A DNA stretch of 64,000 bases from a virus. Taxonomy: Duplodnaviria; Caudoviricetes. The first letter of the stretch is position 1. The number at the start of each line of letters is the position of its first letter. The translations under genes were made by a program, and so were the position numbers. The stretch lies in IMG/VR virus record IMGVR_UViG_3300012984_000010. One strand, written 5' to 3'. The notes beneath the pieces were generated by a model. It ran no database searches and was not told the origin of the DNA. It saw only the letters and a list, made by a program, of their open reading frames with translations. Of this stretch, positions 53,565-60,663 are shown piece after piece.

Positions 53565-53740
53565 CAGAATGCCCCCTTGATTCGAATGGCCAAGACGATT
53601 GCTCCAACGATCATCGTCCAACCAGCTCCACAGAGCAACATACCCCAGATCAAGCCTCGGGCGGCCGGACCGGGGTTATCGAGAACCAAATATTTGTGAG
53701 CACCGTCAGGATCTTCGCGCACCAGATTGATATTGGTCAT
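53564..53740 (-). CDS. Small membrane protein
   Basis: C-terminal TM segment; ATG 53740 is 6 nt after the class A promoter. Confidence 0.7.
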   Translation of the reverse strand: MTNINLVREDPDGAHKYLVLDNPGPAARGLIWGMLLCGAGWTMIVGAIVLAIRIKGAF

Positions 53741-53746
53741 GTTCAT

Positions 53747-53774
53747 TGGAACGGATCCAAGAATTGGAAGTTAA
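53747..53774 (-). promoter_or_regulatory. Class A promoter
   Basis: TTAAC-N15-CCGTTCCA-N6-ATG(53740). Confidence 0.75.
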
Positions 53775-54526
53775 GGCCAATCGTCTAGCAGGAGTTCGTA
53801 TCGGGATCGTTTGGGGGGAGGCGTTTCGGGATCGAGGACCTTTTGGCCAACCATCAGCTGCTCAAGATTCTGCTGAGACTGCTCCCATTCCCCAGTCAGT
53901 TGCTCTGAAAAGGCTGCATCTCGTGCTGCTCGCTCGGCATCTACAAAGATGTCAAGCCATTGTGGTGAATCATCAGTAGGTTCGGAACTGTCGACCGGAA
54001 TTTGAATCAGCTGATTGGCCAGTCTATCTTGGTGTGAGGCCAACACATCTTCGAAAGCCTGCCAAGTCGAGTATTGTTCGGGACGTGGTGCCAACTCACC
54101 ATGTCTTCGCCGCAACTGAGCCTCTCGCCGCACAGCGATCTGTGTTACGGTCAGACCTCCGGTCCTAAGAATCGTATTGGGGCGAACCCTGATTTCGGTT
54201 CCATTGGCCAGCTCTGGCGAGAACGAGCATTCGATGAGGGCCTGCCACGTATCGTGGCTTCTGGGAGCTATAGTGCCCGTCTGAAGGGCCGTAGCCCACG
54301 CACGCCACTCTGGGTCTATACGGACGATATCAGCGTCCTCAGGGGCGGCTATGGCGACCCAATCGCCTGGCAGGAGGGCGTGATGCCCCCAGTCTCTAGG
54401 ATCTCGCACCCAGGCAGTGGATTGATGTCCTCCCACTACCCAAACCCCTCTAATACGATCCAGTCTCAACAATCCCTGTCTCAGCAGTTGATTGAACGAC
54501 TCCTGGTCCAGGATGTGTGAGGCCAT
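53771..54526 (-). CDS. Hypothetical protein, paralog of 52796-53248, with SRYxLL tag
   Basis: MASHILDQESFNQL...; ends PPPKRSRYELLLDDWP. Confidence 0.75.
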   Translation of the reverse strand: MASHILDQESFNQLLRQGLLRLDRIRGVWVVGGHQSTAWVRDPRDWGHHALLPGDWVAIAAPEDADIVRIDPEWRAWATALQTGTIAPRSHDTWQALIECSFSPELANGTEIRVRPNTILRTGGLTVTQIAVRREAQLRRRHGELAPRPEQYSTWQAFEDVLASHQDRLANQLIQIPVDSSEPTDDSPQWLDIFVDAERAARDAAFSEQLTGEWEQSQQNLEQLMVGQKVLDPETPPPKRSRYELLLDDWP

Positions 54527-54705
54527 CAGAGGAACTGTTCCAACAGGAGATCGTAACTTGAACGTCTCACAATCTCAACCGGCCGTCCTTCCCCGAATAA
54601 TTTTTCGACAATCCTGATATGCACTTGCCAATCCTCCACCCATTGGCGCTGTTGGTCAGTCATTCCAGGCCCCGCATCTTGGGCTCTGACGATTGTCTCG
54701 GGCAT
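54526..54705 (-). CDS. Small protein, 59 aa, with SSYxLL tag (not in ORF track)
   Basis: SD GGAGG; MPETIVRAQDAG...VEIVRRSSYDLLLEQFL; TGATG coupling to the next gene. Confidence 0.7.
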   Translation of the reverse strand: MPETIVRAQDAGPGMTDQQRQWVEDWQVHIRIVEKLFGEGRPVEIVRRSSYDLLLEQFL

Positions 54706-54726
54706 TTTACATTCCTCCGTCCAACA

Positions 54727-54900
54727 TCATGGAGAAGATTTGACCCACCATGCCACCGCCCCGATGAACGCTGCCGTCAGAAGGTTTACCAACGCTCGAA
54801 GGGGGTGGCCCGTCAGAACGTTGACCAGAGCGGCAAACAGCAAAGCAGCAACAAGGGCCCACCGGTAATGGGCCCATAACCAATTCAGCGGACGAATCAT
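54727..54900 (-). CDS. Small two-TM membrane protein
   Basis: Class B motif (54909-54914) 8 nt before ATG 54900. Confidence 0.7.
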   Translation of the reverse strand: MIRPLNWLWAHYRWALVAALLFAALVNVLTGHPLRALVNLLTAAFIGAVAWWVKSSP

Positions 54901-54907
54901 GCTGGCT

Positions 54908-55132
54908 TTACACCGAAACCGGCTGGGTCTGGTGATCCCATTTCTTGGCACAAACGGGGCAGGTAGGGGCTTCATCAGTGGCCGAACCATCTTGCAACAG
55001 GCTGGTCAGCTTGATGCGACACAAGGCCACCAAAGGATTGCCGTCTTGGTCAACCTCACAAGCGTGGGTCAACGAGGCTTTAAGATCCTGGTTCCGGTAG
55101 GCACCGATCCGAACTTCAAAAGTCTTGAGCAT
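54908..55132 (-). CDS. Small Zn-binding protein
   Basis: LTH...LC...TCPVC. Confidence 0.7.
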   Translation of the reverse strand: MLKTFEVRIGAYRNQDLKASLTHACEVDQDGNPLVALCRIKLTSLLQDGSATDEAPTCPVCAKKWDHQTQPVSV

Positions 55133-55251
55133 CAGAACACCCCTCCTTGTGAAGCAGCCAAGAGCGCGATAGCGAGGAAGAAGGTGGCGAGACCAAGGAT
55201 CCCCTTGTCACGGCTGGTGGGTTGCAAGGTGTTGAGTATTTGCTGTGTCAT
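55132..55251 (-). CDS. Small membrane protein, 39 aa (not in ORF track)
   Basis: MTQQILNTLQPTSRDKGILGLATFFLAIALLAASQGGVF; class A promoter 6 nt before ATG. Confidence 0.65.
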   Translation of the reverse strand: MTQQILNTLQPTSRDKGILGLATFFLAIALLAASQGGVF

Positions 55252-55257
55252 GACCCC

Positions 55258-55285
55258 TAGAACGGATCTGCGATCCGAATCTTAA
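55258..55285 (-). promoter_or_regulatory. Class A promoter
   Basis: TTAAG-N15-CCGTTCTA-N6-ATG(55251). Confidence 0.8.
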
Positions 55286-55298
55286 GGGTCATGACAGA

Positions 55299-55445
55299 TT
55301 AAAGTGACTCAACCGCATCCAGAACTTGGTTTCGGAAGACGTAGGCGTCGGTCACTTCGTACTTGCTCATCCGACGGGCCACCAGAGCTTTGATGGCCTC
55401 CGCCAGAGCCTCATCGTCAAGATCATCAAGAGGGATGTTTTCCAT
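55299..55445 (-). CDS. Small acidic protein, 48 aa (not in ORF track)
   Basis: MENIPLDDLDDEALAEAIKALVARRMSKYEV... Confidence 0.55.
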   Translation of the reverse strand: MENIPLDDLDDEALAEAIKALVARRMSKYEVTDAYVFRNQVLDAVESL

Positions 55446-55449
55446 GTTG

Positions 55450-55731
55450 TCAACTATCATATGTAGAGGTGGGGAAACTGCTGAGTTGGTCCAACACTTG
55501 CTGCATCTCCTCGAAGGAGAGGCGGAAACGCTCTGGAACCAAGTAGACCGGCTTCCCGTCGATCATGTGTCGCTCGGTCTCGACCAGTCGACCGATCACC
55601 CAATCGTGATTGACCGCGTCCCACATGTGGGGCAGCCCGAAGGTGCCTGTGGTGATGAACCAAACATCGTCAGTTTGACGGACCGAACGGGCCCGTTCGT
55701 CTTCTCTCACGTATGCGGATGGCTTGATCAT
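55450..55731 (-). CDS. Hypothetical protein
   Basis: Class A promoter 6 nt before ATG. Confidence 0.75.
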   Translation of the reverse strand: MIKPSAYVREDERARSVRQTDDVWFITTGTFGLPHMWDAVNHDWVIGRLVETERHMIDGKPVYLVPERFRLSFEEMQQVLDQLSSFPTSTYDS

Positions 55732-55737
55732 GGTTGA

Positions 55738-55765
55738 TAGAACGGAGGGGTGGGCGGAGAGTTAA
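55738..55765 (-). promoter_or_regulatory. Class A promoter
   Basis: TTAAC-N15-CCGTTCTA-N6-ATG(55731). Confidence 0.8.
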
Positions 55766-55905
55766 GCAATATCTTCGTAGCCGTTGAGAATCTCGTCCAA
55801 CTCTTCTTGAGTCAACCCATACTCGGCCATCGTCAGATCTTGGGCTTGACGATCGTTCATCTGCCGGCAGAGTTGAAGGTAGCGAGTGTAGATCGAGAAG
55901 TACAT
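55762..55905 (-). CDS. Small protein, 47 aa (not in ORF track)
   Basis: MYFSIYTRYLQLCRQMNDRQAQDLTMAEYGLTQEELDEIL...; ATG directly follows the upstream TAA. Confidence 0.6.
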   Translation of the reverse strand: MYFSIYTRYLQLCRQMNDRQAQDLTMAEYGLTQEELDEILNGYEDIA

Positions 55906-56208
55906 TTAACGATCCACGTAACTATTCACACCATCGACCCGATCGATCAAGCTTTGGAGGATGCCGACCGGACAATCCTTGCCGATCTCGCATTTGCGTG
56001 GATCCGGCAGACGGTCACTACAGATTTGACCACGGTAGGCCTGGAACAGCAAGGTCTCGACCGCCATATAGGCGTCACGGAAGCGAGTAGGACTGTGGAG
56101 CGCCTGGTTGGCGAACTCCCACGCTTCGTTGAGTTCCTCTTTGGTCAGAGCAAGACGGCTGTCGACGGTCTTGTGGTAAAGAACTTGGAGACGGGTTTGG
56201 TTGGTCAT
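55906..56208 (-). CDS. Hypothetical protein
   Basis: Start revised to ATG 56208 (MTNQTRL) using the class A promoter. Confidence 0.75.
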   Translation of the reverse strand: MTNQTRLQVLYHKTVDSRLALTKEELNEAWEFANQALHSPTRFRDAYMAVETLLFQAYRGQICSDRLPDPRKCEIGKDCPVGILQSLIDRVDGVNSYVDR

Positions 56209-56213
56209 GCTGA

Positions 56214-56241
56214 TAGAACGGAATCCAGGACGAAAAGTTAA
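56214..56241 (-). promoter_or_regulatory. Class A promoter
   Basis: TTAAC-N15-CCGTTCTA-N5-ATG(56208). Confidence 0.8.
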
Positions 56242-56552
56242 GCCTTCCGATCTTCGAGACCCAAAGCTTCGATCATCAAGTAGGCACGGTGGTAGGCCCA
56301 AATGATCGGCCGGCTGATCCCTATGGTGATCAGAGGAGCCGTTCTAGCCACGAACGTGTAGTCTGGGTAGATATCGATCACGATTGATCGGCCTTCTTGC
56401 CCATGAACGAAGTGGATCGAGGCCAGACAAGGGAGTGGCTTATCGTCTTTGACTAGATCTCGACTCTGAGGAGTTTGGATCACGAAGTCTCCTCCCTTGA
56501 GGATACCGGACTCGACGTTACATGCGTGGTGGATTCGAGTGTAGGTCAACAT
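56238..56552 (-). CDS. Hypothetical protein
   Basis: ORF in operon. Confidence 0.65.
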   Translation of the reverse strand: MLTYTRIHHACNVESGILKGGDFVIQTPQSRDLVKDDKPLPCLASIHFVHGQEGRSIVIDIYPDYTFVARTAPLITIGISRPIIWAYHRAYLMIEALGLEDRKA

Positions 56553-56555
56553 GGT

Positions 56556-56786
56556 TCAGCTTCCCATCGGCTCCACAGTGGCCAGCAGTTCCAGACCCGC
56601 TTCGAGCTGTAGCAAATAGGGCTCGAATTCCTTGATCGCATGAGCGATGTCCCAGGTCTGACGTGCAGGGTTCCAGAAATAGGCGGGTCCGCAGATGTCT
56701 CGGAGGACCCAGCCAGTACGATGCTGGAGCAATTCTAGTTTGGAACCTAGACGTTGATAGGCAGAGGGGGCGATCTGATGTTTCAT
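56556..56786 (-). CDS. Hypothetical protein
   Basis: Class A promoter 6 nt before ATG. Confidence 0.75.
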   Translation of the reverse strand: MKHQIAPSAYQRLGSKLELLQHRTGWVLRDICGPAYFWNPARQTWDIAHAIKEFEPYLLQLEAGLELLATVEPMGS

Positions 56787-56792
56787 GCGAGA

Positions 56793-56820
56793 TAGAACGG
56801 ATCGGAGGATTGGAAGTTAA
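56793..56820 (-). promoter_or_regulatory. Class A promoter
   Basis: TTAAC-N15-CCGTTCTA-N6-ATG(56786). Confidence 0.8.
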
Positions 56821-56834
56821 GCCTCAGAACGATC

Positions 56835-57023
56835 TCAGCCAGCCTCCGGCTCCGAAAGTTGATAGGCAGCTTCGTAAATGGCGATCTTTACCTTAAGAGC
56901 ATCGATCGTCATCTGTCGCTCCGCTGGGGTGAACGGTCGTACAGACTCAGTCTGTAGGACGATGACGATCCTGTACATCTCTTCCAATGCGTTTTTGGCG
57001 TTCTCTTGATCTACGATTCTCAT
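56835..57023 (-). CDS. Hypothetical protein
   Basis: Variant class A promoter TTAAG-N15-ACGTAACT-N6-ATG (57030-57057). Confidence 0.65.
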   Translation of the reverse strand: MRIVDQENAKNALEEMYRIVIVLQTESVRPFTPAERQMTIDALKVKIAIYEAAYQLSEPEAG

Positions 57024-57061
57024 GCTAACAGTTACGTCTCAAATCAGCTGAACTTAAGCCA

Positions 57062-57408
57062 CAAAATGACTAAACCCCCTACGGGATCCGATTTTACTCA
57101 TCACCTTTCGGGGGTCGTCAGATTTTTGAGCCTTTACTGGCTAGGGCCTCTTTGCCTCCGAGTCCCAACACGAGCCGTGGTTGGTTTAAGTCTGCCACTC
57201 GCTTTCCAGACTAACGGCCATCGCGTCCGGCCGTCCCGACTTGCCTGATTCGCCGGCTTTGTCGCTAGAATTTCAGGCTTTACTGCCATCACCCAGATCT
57301 CTTGGGATGCCTAGTGACCTGTCTCCGGTCAACCGAGCCCAGTATTTTGCGTCTACTGCTTTCAGACGTGTTCGCGATTTTTGTGCCGAAGCACCATCGT
57401 CGCTACAT
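57062..57408 (-). ncRNA. Candidate ~345-nt structured ncRNA
   Basis: Own class A promoter followed by ATG-TAG; no long ORF on -; serial hairpins including GTGC-UUCG-GCAC, GACCG-GAGA-C(A)GGTC, GACGGCC/GGCCGTT, AGTCTG/CAGACT and a 3' domain TGAC..CCCCC/GGGGG..GTCA followed by TTTT. Confidence 0.6.
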
Positions 57409-57414
57409 GCCTAT

Positions 57415-57442
57415 ACTAACGGATCAGCTGGCGGACTGTTAA
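57415..57442 (-). promoter_or_regulatory. Class A promoter (variant)
   Basis: TTAAC-N15-CCGTTAGT-N6-ATG-TAG. Confidence 0.7.
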
Positions 57443-57472
57443 GCGAAATCGTCAGCTGTCAGATCTTTTGTT

Positions 57473-57787
57473 TTGAGGCGTCGTACCTGCATGCGACACC
57501 TTCCTCGACACGATCTCCAAGCCCGCCTCCGCTGGGCCAACCAAAAACTCGGCACGATCAGCAATCTACTGAGAATCGATTGTGTGGGCCCCGACCGTGT
57601 GATCATGCTGTTGGGCGTCCAGCAGTACTACGGCACGCTATCGGACTATGAGTCCTGTCAGATGGCCCAAGAATACCGCCACATGGGTAACGTGCTGCTC
57701 GACTGGGAGTGTGACGATGATCCCGTCATCGCCCTAGGGCAGTTACTGATGCGGACACTCTACCGAGAGAGGAACCGGGTGGATTAG
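57473..57787 (+). CDS. Hypothetical protein
   Basis: ORF; start uncertain (ATG 57491 is an alternative). Confidence 0.5.
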   Translation: MRRRTCMRHLPRHDLQARLRWANQKLGTISNLLRIDCVGPDRVIMLLGVQQYYGTLSDYESCQMAQEYRHMGNVLLDWECDDDPVIALGQLLMRTLYRERNRVD

Positions 57788-57840
57788 AGGAGAGCTGACC
57801 CGGCTAACAGGGTAGTGCTGCACGGCCAGCCCTCAAGGGT

Positions 57841-58113
57841 CTATACACCGAGCTCAGCTGCCAACACTTGATATTTTTTGATCAACTCTTTGAGATCTGC
57901 CTTGACACGAAGTTCTGCTTCTTCAATGGATCTGCCCCCACCCCTACAAGTAAACATATCAATTGGCTTCAAACTTACCCATATGGCCCAGTTATTTTCA
58001 GAGAGGAGTGCGACCGTGATGCAAGGGGAGTAGTCAAGGCTCTCCCAAATAGCCCATGTTGATGAGGGGTTACTTCTTTTGATCGTCCGGCCGAATACTG
58101 TGACGTGATCCAT
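57841..58113 (-). CDS. Hypothetical protein ('GRTL' paralog family)
   Basis: VTVFGRTI...GRSIEEAELRVKADL...LAAELGV; class B motif (58124-58129) 10 nt before ATG. Confidence 0.7.
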   Translation of the reverse strand: MDHVTVFGRTIKRSNPSSTWAIWESLDYSPCITVALLSENNWAIWVSLKPIDMFTCRGGGRSIEEAELRVKADLKELIKKYQVLAAELGV

Positions 58114-58206
58114 GATCGGATCTTACACCGTTGGGGCTAGGGGGCACTGATGCCACAACAGGCGAGGCCTGCGGCAGTAGAGACAGTAGATCTTCGGCCA
58201 GGCCAT

Positions 58207-58407
58207 CTAGCGGCCCATCACAAGCAAGATGTAGTGCTGACCCGCCTGCATCCCCATAGGGATTCCCTGTGTGGCGGTCATCACCCACACTAGGTCGACG
58301 TCCGCCGCCATCAGGTCTCGGCCGACTGTCGTACCGTGCAACACTGGCAAATCTCCGTATTGTTCAGTGATTCGCTGAAGGCTCTCGATAAGCTTTGATG
58401 AGGTCAC
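58207..58407 (-). CDS. Hypothetical protein
   Basis: LIE.LQ.I.EQYGDLPV; class B motif (58417-58422) 9 nt before GTG. Confidence 0.7.
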   Translation of the reverse strand: MTSSKLIESLQRITEQYGDLPVLHGTTVGRDLMAADVDLVWVMTATQGIPMGMQAGQHYILLVMGR

Positions 58408-58435
58408 AACCCTATTTACACCATGGAAAGCATTA

Positions 58436-58469
58436 GGCCCCTCGCAGGCATTATCACCTGGGAGGGGCC
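58436..58469. terminator. GC-rich hairpin (possible terminator)
   Basis: GGCCCCTC-GCAGG-CATTATCA-CCTG-G-GAGGGGCC. Confidence 0.45.
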
Positions 58470-58666
58470 GGGGTATTAATCAGACGTTTTCAGTAACGCA
58501 TGATCAACCTCTTTCTTTTCGGTAAGGGTTTCGGAACGACGCGATTTCTTACAGGAGTAACTAAACTACAGCGCGAGAGATGGGTCTACTTGGCCCTTCC
58601 CCGTCAATGTCCAACCAGGGAGCGGGCCGCTTTGATGATGGATATAACGGGCAGCCCGCCAGCTTC

Positions 58667-59113
58667 TTAAGCACCAATCGTACGCATCAGATCCATCGAC
58701 ACCAGCTCGGACTCGGGCAGGCTGTCGCGAAGCCCATTTATCGTGTATTCCACGTAGTAGTGGTGCAGGCCAGGGCCATTCAGATCGTGGCGGATCTCCG
58801 TCACCAAAGCCCATTGATCCGTTGCTGCGTGGTACACTTCTTGTCCAGACTGGAATTTGGGCTTCTGGATCTCGTACAGGTCTGAGATGAATTGGCTCTT
58901 CCAGGTGGCGTCCCCAACCTGACGGTCAGCCGTCATCACCACACGGCCTTTTTGCATGACCGTCAGTCGAGTGTAGGTTTGGTTCAATCGAACCAGTAGG
59001 GTGAAGATCTGATCGAACGAAGTGACGGTCTGCCGAAGTGGCTGCATGCCAGCATCAGTGAAAGTACATTCCATGTCGAACGGGCCTGAGAATAGTTGGT
59101 TGCGTTTGGTCAT
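58667..59113 (-). CDS. Hypothetical protein, possible C-terminal SH3-like fold
   Basis: PKFQSGQEVYH...YYVEY...ESEL; class A promoter. Confidence 0.7.
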   Translation of the reverse strand: MTKRNQLFSGPFDMECTFTDAGMQPLRQTVTSFDQIFTLLVRLNQTYTRLTVMQKGRVVMTADRQVGDATWKSQFISDLYEIQKPKFQSGQEVYHAATDQWALVTEIRHDLNGPGLHHYYVEYTINGLRDSLPESELVSMDLMRTIGA

Positions 59114-59118
59114 GCTGC

Positions 59119-59147
59119 TAGAACGGAAGAGCCCGCCTAGAAGTTAA
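59119..59147 (-). promoter_or_regulatory. Class A promoter
   Basis: TTAAC-N16-CCGTTCTA-N5-ATG(59113). Confidence 0.75.
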
Positions 59148-59545
59148 GCCTTACTCTGAACCAAAAATACCGCCACCACGTCATTCAGTTGGTTGACATA
59201 GAATTCGTGGCAAATCACCCCGTCAAACTTTTGAGCCTCAGCTTCGAGTAGACTCTCCAGGGTATCCAACTTGCCCAACGATAGTCGGCCCAATTTGACC
59301 GTATGAAGCTCCACCGGAAAACTGGTGCTTCCGACCTGTCCCCCGCCTGGAGTGGTCAATCTGATGCCAGGCAGGTAACCCAGACTGACCAGCAAACAAT
59401 TGAGGCGTTCCACGTACTCAACCCCAATCGAGCAAGCCTGCACCTGGTTGGTCTGGACCCACTCGTTCACCTGCTTGGAGATCTGCTGGTCTACGTCGTA
59501 GGTTTGGTGAAAACTGAAGAACTTGAATTTCTGATGTTGACTCAT
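59144..59545 (-). CDS. Hypothetical protein
   Basis: Class B motif (59555-59560) 9 nt before ATG. Confidence 0.7.
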   Translation of the reverse strand: MSQHQKFKFFSFHQTYDVDQQISKQVNEWVQTNQVQACSIGVEYVERLNCLLVSLGYLPGIRLTTPGGGQVGSTSFPVELHTVKLGRLSLGKLDTLESLLEAEAQKFDGVICHEFYVNQLNDVVAVFLVQSKA

Positions 59546-59558
59546 CAGCCAACATACA

Positions 59559-59605
59559 CCAAACCCCTCCTAGTATGAGCCGCACGGTCTCTAGGAGGGG
59601 TTTGG
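59559..59605. repeat. Perfect 15-bp inverted repeat (hairpin/terminator-like)
   Basis: CCAAACCCCTCCTAG-N17-CTAGGAGGGGTTTGG, overlapping a class B motif. Confidence 0.85.
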
Positions 59606-59655
59606 ATCAGCAGCTCTGGACCATCCAAAACGGCTGACTAGGGTCTATACACCGA

Positions 59656-59988
59656 TCAGACGTCGGATAGATCAAAATCGAATCTTCGGTACCATTGCGG
59701 CCGTAAGGCCGCCTTGGGGTATTGCTGCCGAAAGCCAGCATGCCAACCCCGCATCCATTCACGGTGGACCCGCCGCTCCTGGTCCTCCAACGCCGAGAAT
59801 CCGATGTGTTGCCCTGGTCCGACCGACGGTCCGCCAGGGACGTATTGGTCAGCTGCCGCCCAGTTGAGGCCCGTCTGACGGCCATCCTCATAGGCCTGCT
59901 CAACCGTCATCAATACATGATACGGAGTGCCAGGCCAGACCCGATTGGTTGGATGAGGTATTTTGATGAACTGGTCCATTTTGGTCAT
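59656..59988 (-). CDS. Hypothetical protein
   Basis: ATGA overlap. Confidence 0.65.
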   Translation of the reverse strand: MTKMDQFIKIPHPTNRVWPGTPYHVLMTVEQAYEDGRQTGLNWAAADQYVPGGPSVGPGQHIGFSALEDQERRVHREWMRGWHAGFRQQYPKAALRPQWYRRFDFDLSDV

Positions 59989-60275
59989 GTGGGGTCAGAC
60001 GGAAGCTTAGAAGGCCTAACCTCTCCAGAAAAAGTCCAGGATTCAGCTCGGTTGGGTTCTTGCGGCCCCACGTTGACTTCAACCCAACACACCCCAACTG
60101 ATTGCCCAATCCAACGATGATACGCCACACCATCTCTGTACCACACCACCATGATACCAGGCCCGCTGGTGGCGAGTCGCTCACCTAAAAAGATGGCATC
60201 TACCGTATTATCCCCGTCGACCGTGTAGGTCTTGATCCCATTTCGGGTATGGACACGCAAGGTATGTTGAGTCAT
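59985..60275 (-). CDS. Hypothetical protein
   Basis: TGATG coupling gives start MTQHTL at 60275. Confidence 0.6.
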   Translation of the reverse strand: MTQHTLRVHTRNGIKTYTVDGDNTVDAIFLGERLATSGPGIMVVWYRDGVAYHRWIGQSVGVCWVEVNVGPQEPNRAESWTFSGEVRPSKLPSDPT

Positions 60276-60475
60276 CAGTGGACCAGTAGGTTGACGTTTT
60301 GAGTATGAATACAACGAGGCATCCCCATCGCGTCACGGACCCATAGCCCGTCATGACAGTCATTGACGGCCATGTAGGTCAGGCTATAGATCGCACCAGC
60401 TACGGTCAAACAGATGGCGAGGCCGATTAGGATTTCGACCAAGGTCAGACGAGAACTTCGGAAATGGTTTCGCAT
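60275..60475 (-). CDS. Small type IV pilin-like protein
   Basis: Basic leader, then LTLVEILIGLAI (Glu at +5), about 25 hydrophobic residues and a C-terminal Cys pair; lacks Gly at -1. Confidence 0.5.
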   Translation of the reverse strand: MRNHFRSSRLTLVEILIGLAICLTVAGAIYSLTYMAVNDCHDGLWVRDAMGMPRCIHTQNVNLLVH

Positions 60476-60486
60476 CTGGATCTCCT

Positions 60487-60627
60487 TCAGAAGAAAATGT
60501 TGATCGGGCGAGCGGGCTTCTTACCAGTCAGTTTCCGGTAAGCCTTCATGCCCAACATGAAAGGGACAGCAGCCACCAAACACGAGAGAGCGAGCACATC
60601 ACCCAGTAGCGAGATTGTTTGTTTCAT
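60487..60627 (-). CDS. Small membrane protein, 46 aa (not in ORF track)
   Basis: MKQTISLLGDVLALSCLVAAVPFMLGMKAYRKLTGKK...; class A promoter 6 nt before ATG. Confidence 0.65.
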   Translation of the reverse strand: MKQTISLLGDVLALSCLVAAVPFMLGMKAYRKLTGKKPARPINIFF

Positions 60628-60633
60628 ACCTGA

Positions 60634-60661
60634 TAGAACGGAAGCAGGGTGGAGAAGTTAA
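60634..60661 (-). promoter_or_regulatory. Class A promoter
   Basis: TTAAC-N15-CCGTTCTA-N6-ATG(60627). Confidence 0.8.
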
Positions 60662-60663
60662 GG

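Noticed and set aside
57241-57651. 136-aa + strand ORF in the track
   Set aside because: TTG start, Ser/Pro-rich composition, antisense to a promoter-driven structured RNA, and overlapping a more plausible ORF.
9445-59988. Ribosome-modulation-factor-like pattern (GY.AG...GY/W..G) in 9445-9888 and 59656-59988
   Set aside because: Similarity is limited to a short low-information helix motif and is too weak to call without a profile search.
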